Of a stretch of DNA of 49,862 nt, positions 1 to 7,533 are shown piece after piece (position 1 is the first letter of the stretch; each line of letters opens with the position of its first letter). The position numbers and the translations under genes are program-made. The stretch covers positions 1 through 49,862 of the forward strand of contig JAAYZO010000034.1 in NCBI GenBank assembly GCA_012514865.1, read 5' to 3'. The DNA comes from Lentisphaerota bacterium. GTDB taxonomy: Bacteria; Verrucomicrobiota; Lentisphaeria; Oligosphaerales; JAFGRS01. The notes beneath the pieces were generated by a model. It worked only from the letters and a program-made list of their open reading frames with translations, had not been told where the DNA came from and searched no databases.

Positions 1-56
1 AGGCTAACGCGGGTTCCCTTGACAGTCCAGCATAGCATCTCCAGATCGCCGTGGGC

Positions 57-91
57 GGCTCGTGGGCGCATTCGCGCCTCGTGACACTCGC
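57..91. repeat. Dispersed ~35-bp copy of the core of the 67-bp repeat at 34391-34585 (GGCTCGTGGGCGCATTCGCGCCTCGTGACACTCGC)
   Basis: Hand alignment to GGCTCGTGGGCGCGTTCGCGCCTGTGGACACTCGC shows one substitution and a small indel. It contains the GGCGCN-TT-CGCGCC mini-palindrome. Confidence 0.6.
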
Positions 92-104
92 CCTCGAACA
101 CTCG

Positions 105-124
105 CGGCGAGACGTGTCTCGCCG
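105..124 (-). terminator. GC hairpin downstream of the 149..2947 gene (CGGCGAGAC-GT-GTCTCGCCG)
   Basis: Perfect 9-bp inverted repeat about 25 nt past the stop on the minus strand. No U-tract follows. Confidence 0.35.
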
Positions 125-148
125 TGTTCGCACCGGTGCTTCTGCGCC

Positions 149-2947
149 TCAGTAGACTTCGACCTCGTGGACCATGGTCCAGCCGCGGCGCTCCAAGGTC
201 AGGCGCAGGAAGCGCGCCTCGACCGGCGGCTGCAGGCGCAGGGTCATGACGCCGGTGCGTCGTGACTGGGCGTCGCCGTCGTCCGGGTGTTGGGCGGTGC
301 TGGCGGCATCCTGCCAGGCGGCGCCGTCGGTGGAGACCGCCATGTCGAGGCGCGTCGGGAAGAACACGCCGCCGCCGCGGCCGCCGACGAGGTGTACCAC
401 GACCAGGCTGACCGGCTGGGTGCGCTGCAGGTCGAGGGTGATCTCGGGGGTGCCGCGGCTCCAGCCGGCGCAGCGGTTCCATCCCGTCTCGGAGTAGGCC
501 CCGTCGGTGAGGTAGCCCTGGTTGTCGCTGTAGGGCGCCTCGCTGGAGGGTATCGGCTGGAGGGCGTAGGTGATCGCCGGGGCGAGGTTGGTGCCGTTGC
601 TGTCGATGACCTCGATCTCGCTGAGCATGGTCCACCCGGCCTGCGGGCTGTCGAAGCGCAGGCGCAACTGCCGGGCGCGGCTGCCGGCGAGGTCGCACTC
701 GGCCCAGCCGATATGCCGGGCCGGCGAGGCCTCGGCGGGGACGACGAACTCCAGCGGCCGCAGGCGCGGCGGCAGGGGCTGCCAAAGGCCGTCCTCGGCG
801 GCGATGGCGATGTCGACCGTGGCCGGGAAGTGCACCGCGGCCTGGCCGCCCCCCTGGGCATGGAGGCGCAGTCGCGACAGGGCCGTGGTACGGCCCAGGT
901 CGAAGGTGACGACGGGGCTGACGTGGTACCACCCGACGGTGCGGCCGTCTGAGAACCCGGCGACGGTCAGGACGCCATCGCTGAGTTCGCGGCCGCTGTC
1001 GGGGTACTTGGCGGCGAAGGGCGGCTGCAGGTCATAGGGCCGCCAGAGCGCCGCATTGGCGGCCTGGGTGGCGACCGCCTCGAGGCCGGGCAGGGCCGCC
1101 GTGGCCGGGCCGTCGGCGCTGACGCGGAGTCGCCCGGCCAGGGCCAGGGGCGGCGTCACGTCGACCCAGCCCTCGGCGTCGGGCGCTGGCAGTGCCAGCG
1201 GGGTGTCATCCAGGTGGGCCGTCAGGGCGCCGGCGCCTGCCGGGAACGGCCCCAGGCGGAGGCGCTGCAGAACGCGCGGCGGCTCGAGGACCCACTCGGC
1301 CGTTCCGGTGGGCGCCGCCCGGCGGCAGGCCCAGAACGCATTGCCATCGGGGGGCACGATGACTTCATCGAGGACCAGATCGCGGTCGGCGGGGCCGTGC
1401 AGGCGTATCTCGAGGTGCCGGGCGAGGTGCGGCGGTACGCTGACGATGCGGCTGCCGGGGCCGCGCACCACCGGGTTGCCCCAGACCTCCTGGGCCTCGA
1501 CCGCGGTCCACTCGCGGCCATCCGGGGAGGTCCGCAGGGCGAGGCGTTCGAGCCAGGTGCACTCCCAGAGGTGCAGGCGCAGATTCGACACCGCCTGAAG
1601 GCGCCCGAGGTCGAGGCGTATCAGCGCGGTGCCGCCCGGGCAGCGCAGGGCGCCCTCGGTACGGTGTCCGTCGGGATCCCAGACGCCGTCGGTGAGGCGT
1701 TGCGCCTCGGCGGGCGCGATCGTCGTTCCGGCGACCTCGACCTGCACCGCGGCGCCCTCGGCGAGCGACCACGGCCGGCGCTGGTAGGTGCCCTTGTGAA
1801 AGCGGTAGATGGCGTCGTAGAGGGCCCGGCACTCGGGGTCCGTGGACTCGGCCAGGTGCCGGATGTGGCTCGAACTCTGGTACCATGCCCGCGCCACGTC
1901 GTTCATGGTGCCGTCCCACTCCGGCAGGCCGTGGTTGAGGTACTGCCAGAGATTCCAGCGGCTCTCGGGGCTGCGCAGCACGGCCTCGTTCATCTCCATC
2001 TCGACGCCGAGGCCGGCGTCGCGCGCCAGGCGGGCGTTGGCCGAGAGGCGGGCGTCATCGCCGAGGCGCAGTCCGGCGGGCGTGGCCAGGAAGGCGAAGT
2101 TCGGCTGCATGACGGCCGCATCGAAGCCGAGGTCGCGCCAGCGCTCGTAGCCCGGCGCGCGGAACCAGGGGATCCAGTAGGTCTTCAGCCCACGGCCATG
2201 CGCATGGGCGTTGGCGTGCTTCACGATGGCGTGGTCGGCCGTGTGGATGCCCTCGTTCATCCAGTAGAAGCCCCACAGCCGGAGGTGCCGTCGCGGCGCG
2301 GCCTCCCAGCGCCGGATGGCCTCGTCGATGAACCACGACACGGCGCGGGCGCGGTCGGCCGGCTGTGCCAGGTCGGCCACCGTGCCCTTGCCGTCGAGGT
2401 CGCCGAAGGCGTGCTGGGCCGGCGATGGGTAGGGTATCATCAGGACGACCGGCTGCGGCGGGCCGGGATCGCCGAGGACAGCGCTGAACTCCTCGATGCA
2501 GCGGTCGAGGGCGTCGAGGTTGCGTCCGGGGGCCCAGACCTCGTCGAGGAAGAACTCCCAGTCGGTCTTGACGGTCGGTCCCGAGAAGTAGGCCGCGCCC
2601 GACGGCGAGCGGCCGTACTGGAGCATCAGCCAGGCATCGAAGAACCAGTCCAGGGGGCGGCCGCTGCCGGCCTCGACCCAGGCGACGTAGGGGCGGAAGT
2701 GCTCCAGCGTCCAGCCCTTCGGCGAGGTGTAGCAGAGCATCACATCGCGACGGCCGTCGGGGTTGCCCGCAAACGGCGCGTAGTCAGCACGCAGGATGGC
2801 GGTGGCCAGGACGGCGGCGAGCCCGGCCAGGCGGCCGAGCCGAAGCACGCCGGAAACGCTCCTGAGGACCGCCGGCCGCGGTCGCCCCGTCGAGACGCCC
2901 CGATGTGGAGACGCGGGACCGCGCCGCCGTGCGCATGGGATCGACAT
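149..2947 (-). CDS. Secreted DUF4855-like (putative glycoside-hydrolase-like) protein with three to four C-terminal discoidin/F5-8 type C-like domains
   Basis: 932-aa ORF with an N-terminal Arg-rich leader plus hydrophobic stretch (LGRLAGLAAVLATAIL). The ~350-aa N-domain carries motifs I associate with DUF4855 (DWFFDAWLMLQY, LWGFYWMNEGI, WIPWF). Repeated ~130-aa modules begin LTDG/LSDG and end LDEVIV, LSEIEVI and MVHEVEVY, as discoidin domains do. Confidence 0.6.
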   Translation of the reverse strand: MSIPCARRRGPASPHRGVSTGRPRPAVLRSVSGVLRLGRLAGLAAVLATAILRADYAPFAGNPDGRRDVMLCYTSPKGWTLEHFRPYVAWVEAGSGRPLDWFFDAWLMLQYGRSPSGAAYFSGPTVKTDWEFFLDEVWAPGRNLDALDRCIEEFSAVLGDPGPPQPVVLMIPYPSPAQHAFGDLDGKGTVADLAQPADRARAVSWFIDEAIRRWEAAPRRHLRLWGFYWMNEGIHTADHAIVKHANAHAHGRGLKTYWIPWFRAPGYERWRDLGFDAAVMQPNFAFLATPAGLRLGDDARLSANARLARDAGLGVEMEMNEAVLRSPESRWNLWQYLNHGLPEWDGTMNDVARAWYQSSSHIRHLAESTDPECRALYDAIYRFHKGTYQRRPWSLAEGAAVQVEVAGTTIAPAEAQRLTDGVWDPDGHRTEGALRCPGGTALIRLDLGRLQAVSNLRLHLWECTWLERLALRTSPDGREWTAVEAQEVWGNPVVRGPGSRIVSVPPHLARHLEIRLHGPADRDLVLDEVIVPPDGNAFWACRRAAPTGTAEWVLEPPRVLQRLRLGPFPAGAGALTAHLDDTPLALPAPDAEGWVDVTPPLALAGRLRVSADGPATAALPGLEAVATQAANAALWRPYDLQPPFAAKYPDSGRELSDGVLTVAGFSDGRTVGWYHVSPVVTFDLGRTTALSRLRLHAQGGGQAAVHFPATVDIAIAAEDGLWQPLPPRLRPLEFVVPAEASPARHIGWAECDLAGSRARQLRLRFDSPQAGWTMLSEIEVIDSNGTNLAPAITYALQPIPSSEAPYSDNQGYLTDGAYSETGWNRCAGWSRGTPEITLDLQRTQPVSLVVVHLVGGRGGGVFFPTRLDMAVSTDGAAWQDAASTAQHPDDGDAQSRRTGVMTLRLQPPVEARFLRLTLERRGWTMVHEVEVY

Positions 2948-2973
2948 GGTGACCCACCCGATCTCTGCTGCCG

Positions 2974-3171
2974 CTACCTCCCCGCGAACTTCTCGGTGTG
3001 GAGCTGCCCGCCGGTGGCCCAGTTCTCCTTCGGAAGCTCCTCGAACATGATGGTCACCGCTTCCGCCGGCACCTTCGTCGTCGCCACCATCGTGTCGGTG
3101 AGGGCCTTCGCCAGCTTGGCTTTCTCGTCCTTGGTCTTACCGGCCCACAGGCTCACTCGCAGGATCGGCAT
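2974..3171 (-). CDS. 4-oxalocrotonate tautomerase family protein (65 aa)
   Basis: MPILRVSLWAGKTKDEKAKLAKALTDTMV... has the Met-Pro1 start and size typical of the family. AGGAG lies 6 nt upstream of the ATG at 3171. The ORF-track start at 3306 would bury the catalytic Pro1. Confidence 0.8.
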   Translation of the reverse strand: MPILRVSLWAGKTKDEKAKLAKALTDTMVATTKVPAEAVTIMFEELPKENWATGGQLHTEKFAGR

Positions 3172-3370
3172 GGTCAGATCTCCTGGCTTGAGGCACCCGC
3201 GGCAGGACCGCACCCATGCATGGCTCCCCGAGGCGCGCCGCCCCGTGCCCGTCGGCATCGGCGTCTGCCACTGCCAAGACCCTATCGCCGTCGCAACAGA
3301 AGTCAACGGAGGGAGCCGTCTTCACGGCCGACAGGCTCCCACGCACGGTCACGCCGTCCCGCGGAGGGAG

Positions 3371-3478
<108 letters not shown>

Positions 3479-3545
3479 GGAGGACTCAGGGGAGGCGGGG
3501 GTGCGACATGCGCACATCCGCTCATGGACTCCGGCGCCTTAAGGC

Positions 3546-3581
3546 GTCCACTCAGTCCACGATGTCCACCCAGTCCACTCC
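3546..3581. repeat. Tandem array, 4 x 9 bp (GTCCACNNN)
   Basis: The units are GTCCACTCA GTCCACGAT GTCCACCCA GTCCACTCC. The GTCC core is on the opposite strand to the 3371-3478 array. Confidence 0.85.
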
Positions 3582-3613
3582 CGTCGCCGCCGCGGCCCGG
3601 TGGTGGCTGGCCG

Positions 3614-4288
3614 TTACGGCGTCACCATCGGGCTGTAGGTCCAGCGGACGGTGCCCGTGTAGGTGAGGCCGTTCTGGACCTGCACCGGGATGTAGCTGCT
3701 GACATGGCCGTCGGCGAAGGCGACGTTGCCCTTACCGCCGGCGTGCCGACCGTGGAAGTGGGTGTTGGTCTGCGAGCTGGTATAGGCGACGTACGAGAGG
3801 CCGCTGACGCCGGCGTCGTAGTTGCTGTCGCCGATCAGGTAGGTCTCGGTCGGGAGATGCACGGAGGCGAGGGGGTTGTTGCCGATATAGCGGTTGAAGC
3901 CATAGCGCAAGCCACCGGTGTAGACGCCCGGCCAGCTATACTCGTGGCTGGGGCAGGAGAAGATCTCGATGCTCTTCACGTACGGGTAGATCGAGAGCAT
4001 CCACATCTGGCCTGAGGTCGTCACGGACCCATTCGGGTAGGTCCGGGTGTCAGGGGTGGTCGGGAAGTGATGGCGGACTCAGCGTTCCTCGTTGTCGTCG
4101 GTGTACATCAGGCATCCGAGCGCCATCTGCTTGAGGTTGTTGACGCAGGAGATGGATCGAGCCTTCTCGCGGGCCTGGGCCAGGGCCGGCAGGAGCATCG
4201 CCGCCAGGATGGCGATGATGGCGATCACCACGAGCAGTTCGATCAGGGTGAAGAAGGCCCGTCGCGTCATCGCTGTCTGCGGCTTCAT
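3614..4288 (-). pseudogene. DUF1559 / H-X9-DG-type protein with prepilin-type N-terminal methylation motif, interrupted by one in-frame TGA (4079-4081)
   Basis: N-terminal part: [36 protein letters not shown]...SCVNNLKQ (AGGAGG 7 nt upstream of the ATG at 4288). C-terminal part in the same frame (4078-4024 is 18 codons): ...GRHAGGKGNVAFADGHV. The two ORFs (4079..4381 and 3614..4024) are halves of one family member. Confidence 0.7.
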
Positions 4289-4617
4289 GGGTGTGCCTCC
4301 TGGAACCGTGTTGTGGACGCTGGCTGGCCCGGCGTAGACCTGTGTCACCATGACCATATCAGCCCTGTCGGATTGCGTCAATTCCGCCCGCTGAAGTTCG
4401 GCGGTTCTGACGGCTCGGGCAGAGCGCCAGGGGGCGCATCGTGAGGACGCCCTGGCTGGGGCGGGGCCGGCGGCGGTGCCCTGGGTCAGGCGACTCCTGC
4501 CGGGGCGCTGCCATCCCGCGTGGACCGGCGCGCCGACGCTCGCCGGTCAGGCGGAACGGCTGTCGCCTGATCGTGGGCAGGGGGAGGGCGGCGAGGCTGC
4601 GGAGGGCGGTGTGGGAG

Positions 4618-4693
<76 letters not shown>

Positions 4694-4726
4694 TCCCGAG
4701 TGAGAGACGAGGCTCTGCGGTTGACT

Positions 4727-4754
4727 AATCTAGCGGTCTGCTCTTGCCTTTCAA
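4727..4754 (-). promoter_or_regulatory. Sigma70-like promoter for tRNA-Glu (TTGAAA-16 nt-TAGATT)
   Basis: Read on the minus strand in a local AT-rich patch. The -10 element ends about 33 nt upstream of the tRNA 5' end. Confidence 0.5.
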
Positions 4755-5030
4755 GGCGATGGCGCCATTTTCGGTAACCGGTCAGTCGAGTGTGGGCGGT
4801 GGCGCGCGGGCAGTGCAGTGGCGACTGTCCGCAGGCGCCTCCCAGGTCGCGCGGCGCGCGTGAGGGCACGCGCCGTTGCCGCCCGCCCCGACTCGACTGA
4901 GGCACTGCCTTGTTTCGAGGGCGTCCGCCCGTCACGCCCGGGCGGGCTCGCGCCGCTTCTGGAGCGGCGTGTCTGCCCAGGCTTGCGGAGCTGGGCGGGC
5001 TGGGGTTTGCCGGTGGCGAGTCGGGGTTCC

Positions 5031-7022
5031 ATGGAGAGCCGGATGACGACGGGTCGGACGAAACTGAAGGTTGCCTGTCCAGGCTGTCGGCAGAAGCTGG
5101 ATGTGACGGATCTGGAACCCTTCACGCGGGCTGATTGCCCGCGCTGTGGCGGGCCGGTGATCGCGCCGAAACGCTTCGCTGCGCTGCTGCTCGAGGAGCC
5201 GCTCGGGTCGCGTCGCGGTGTCGCGGCCTACAGGGCTCTTGATCTGACTCTGGACCGCGAGGTCCTGGTGCGCATTCTGGAGCAGGACGCCGGCCGCCAC
5301 GGTGCGGGCTTTCAGGCGTTGGCGCGGCGGGCCGCGGCGGTGAATCACCCCGGGGTTCTGCCGATCTACTCCTGTGGCGAGGAGGATGGCCAGCCGTACG
5401 TGGTGAGCCAGTTCATGTTGGGTGGGCTGTGGTCGGTGATGCTGGGCGAGGTGCCGGGCGTCTCGGAGCGTCTGCGTCTTGGGCTGCCGTGGGTGCAGGC
5501 GGTGGCGGGGGGGCTGCAGGCGGCGTCGGCACAGGGCCTGGTGCATGGCGCGGTCAGCCCGTTCAGTCTGTTCATGGACACCGACCGGCAGGTCAAGGTC
5601 GGCGACTTCGGCCTCGACCTTCTGCTCTTCGGGAACGCGGCGCCGGGCGCCGAGGCCTCGGCGGACCTGGCCGGCTATCTCAGTCCCGAGGTCCTGTCGG
5701 GCGGTCCGGCGTCCATGGCTGCCGACGTCTTCGGCGTCGGCGCGCTGCTGTACCACGTCTTGACCGGGCGGCCGCCCTGTCCGGCCGCGGATGGCGCCGC
5801 GGCGTTGCGGTACTGGTCGGACGGCGGGGTGCCGGAGTCGCCGCGGCTGGACGGCGAGGCGGTCCCCGCGGACCTGTCGGCGCTGTGTCTGCGGATGCTG
5901 TCGGCGGCGGCTTCTGAGCGTCCGGCCGACTTCGGTGCGGTGCTGGCGGGCCTGGGGGTGCCCATGGCAGCGTCGGCGTCACGTCGGGCGGCCGAGGGCG
6001 CCTCAGTGGCGGGCCTGCGCGCCCGGGTCGGGGGTCGGGAGGCGCGTCAGGCCGAGCGCTCGGAGTCGGCGTCGACGGTCTCGGCCGCGGCGGGGGTGTC
6101 ATCGGGTGCCGCGGCGGCCTCAGCGGCGCCGCGTCGTCGCCTGGGCTGGGTGGACGGCCTGATTGCCTTGGGGTTGCTGGTTCTGGCGGCCCTGGGCGGT
6201 GGGCTCTACGTGCGTTCGCACGGCTGGCCGTCGTGGCTGGTGCAGCCGCCGCCCCCGCCGCCCCCGGTTGCCGCGCCGGCGGCGGCGCCGGCGGCGGTGC
6301 CGGCCGGGTCGGCCGGGTCGGCCGCGGCGGTCCCTGGTGCTGGTGGTGCCGCGCCTCTGGGGGCCGACGCGGTGCCGCCGGCGGCGGCCGGAGTGCCGGC
6401 GTCGGCGTCGCCGGCGTGGTCGGGCGCGGCTGCGCCCGAGGCGGTTCCCTCGGCGCCGGGCCTGCCGCGGCCGCGGCCGCAGCCGGCCGGCATGGACTTC
6501 GTGGGTGCCGCGGCCGACCTGGCGCAGTACCTGAAGGCGCTGCCGCCGGCGGCGGTGGCCGACGAGCGCGAGCGCCTTGAGCTGATCGGCGACACGCGGG
6601 ACTACCTCGTCAGACTGATGACCTATGTACCCTTCCTCGAAGGCCGCGAGACCACCGTCCGGCTGCTGGCCGGGGAGCCGCTGAAGGGCTCGCTCGCCTA
6701 CTGCAACCGCAACCAGCTCGGCCTGCGTCGGGCCTCTGACGGCGCCCTCCAGACGATCGCCTGGACCGACCTGGCCTTCGATCAGATCGTCGAGTTCATG
6801 GACTTCTACATCCACCTGCGCCGCGACCAGAGCGAGAGCCTGGGCGGTCCGCGGCAGGGGCAGGTCCGCAAGGAGGTCGCCGAGGACTGCCTGCGCGCCG
6901 CGGTGCTCTGCGACTGGTACGGCCGCGGCGACCAGGCCAGGCGCTTCGCCAGCCAGGCCGTCGCGTCGGACCCGTCGACGCGGCAGCGCCTGGCGCGGCT
7001 CCTGCCGGCGGCGCTGCCGTAG
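5031..7022 (+). CDS. Membrane-anchored Ser/Thr-kinase-fold pseudokinase with N-terminal zinc ribbon
   Basis: The N-terminus has CPGC...CPRC. The kinase fold is recognisable (VGDFGL, YLSPEV, DVFGVGALLYHVLTGRPP), but VAIK is VLVRIL, HRDLKPSN is VHGAVSPFS and the Gly-loop is degenerate. A TM helix (LIALGLLVLAALGGGLYV), a Pro/Ala-rich linker and a ~170-aa C-terminal domain follow. The start at 5031 is my choice; the ORF opens at 4818. Confidence 0.65.
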   Translation: MESRMTTGRTKLKVACPGCRQKLDVTDLEPFTRADCPRCGGPVIAPKRFAALLLEEPLGSRRGVAAYRALDLTLDREVLVRILEQDAGRHGAGFQALARRAAAVNHPGVLPIYSCGEEDGQPYVVSQFMLGGLWSVMLGEVPGVSERLRLGLPWVQAVAGGLQAASAQGLVHGAVSPFSLFMDTDRQVKVGDFGLDLLLFGNAAPGAEASADLAGYLSPEVLSGGPASMAADVFGVGALLYHVLTGRPPCPAADGAAALRYWSDGGVPESPRLDGEAVPADLSALCLRMLSAAASERPADFGAVLAGLGVPMAASASRRAAEGASVAGLRARVGGREARQAERSESASTVSAAAGVSSGAAAASAAPRRRLGWVDGLIALGLLVLAALGGGLYVRSHGWPSWLVQPPPPPPPVAAPAAAPAAVPAGSAGSAAAVPGAGGAAPLGADAVPPAAAGVPASASPAWSGAAAPEAVPSAPGLPRPRPQPAGMDFVGAAADLAQYLKALPPAAVADERERLELIGDTRDYLVRLMTYVPFLEGRETTVRLLAGEPLKGSLAYCNRNQLGLRRASDGALQTIAWTDLAFDQIVEFMDFYIHLRRDQSESLGGPRQGQVRKEVAEDCLRAAVLCDWYGRGDQARRFASQAVASDPSTRQRLARLLPAALP

Positions 7023-7028
7023 GGGCGC

Positions 7029-7345
7029 GGGCCGCGGGGGCGCGGGCCGCGGGCTCGGGACACGGACGGACGCAGCGCGGGCTTTGCCCGCAACCCAAAG
7101 GGTCGAGGGTCGGGTGTCGGGAGTTGGCTTTACCGGGCCGCGGGGGCGCGGCCCGCGGGCTCGGGACACGGACGGACACTGACAGGCACGGACGGACACG
7201 GACGGGCCTTGCCGGCTGCGGCGTCGGTCGGGCCGCGGGGGCGCGGCCCGCGGGCTCGGGACACGGACGGACACCGACAAACACGGACGGACACGGACGG
7301 GCCTTCCCGGCTGCGGCGTCGGTCGGGCCTTGCGGGCTCCGGCGT
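7029..7345. repeat. Composite tandem repeat: partial copy (7029-7071), two 95-bp copies (7135-7229, 7230-7324; 4 mismatches) and a degenerate tail
   Basis: Each copy starts with the hairpin GGGCCGCG-GGGG-CGCGGCCC and contains 4 x 10 bp ACACGGACGG (minus strand CCGTCCGTGT). Aligned base by base. Confidence 0.9.
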
Positions 7346-7390
7346 CGGGCGTCCGGCGTCGGGCGTTGGGCATTTCGTCGCCGGGTGCGG

Positions 7391-7419
7391 TTGCGTTCCT
7401 GTGTTTTGGTCACTATGGT
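7391..7419 (+). promoter_or_regulatory. Sigma70-like promoter upstream of rpsA (TTGCGT-17 nt-TATGGT)
   Basis: Read directly. It sits in the only AT-rich patch of the intergenic region, about 115 nt upstream of the ATG. Confidence 0.4.
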
Positions 7420-7533
7420 AGTTAATTCGGTCCCGATATCGTTGCGGCAGGGCGTCATTGGGCGTCGCTGCGGGCCTGTTGCCTGGCAGTGGCTGCAGCG
7501 GTCGGGGAACCAGACTGAGGCACTAGAGCTGAC

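Noticed and set aside
2974-3306. The longer 110-aa version of the tautomerase ORF. Similar N-terminal extensions appear in the ORF track for secE (11212), nusG (11540), rplA (12637), rplL (13880), rpsL (22815), rpsG (23345), the ceramidase-like gene (37078), lysS (45226) and DUF58 (47615).
   Set aside because: The extensions run through tRNAs, upstream genes or intergenic repeats and lack conservation. Internal starts give canonical N-termini, usually with an RBS.
4079-4081. Selenocysteine at the in-frame TGA of the DUF1559 gene.
   Set aside because: No SECIS-like hairpin lies at the right distance (the nearest stem, GGACC...GGTCC, starts more than 30 nt downstream). The family is not known to use Cys or Sec at this position.
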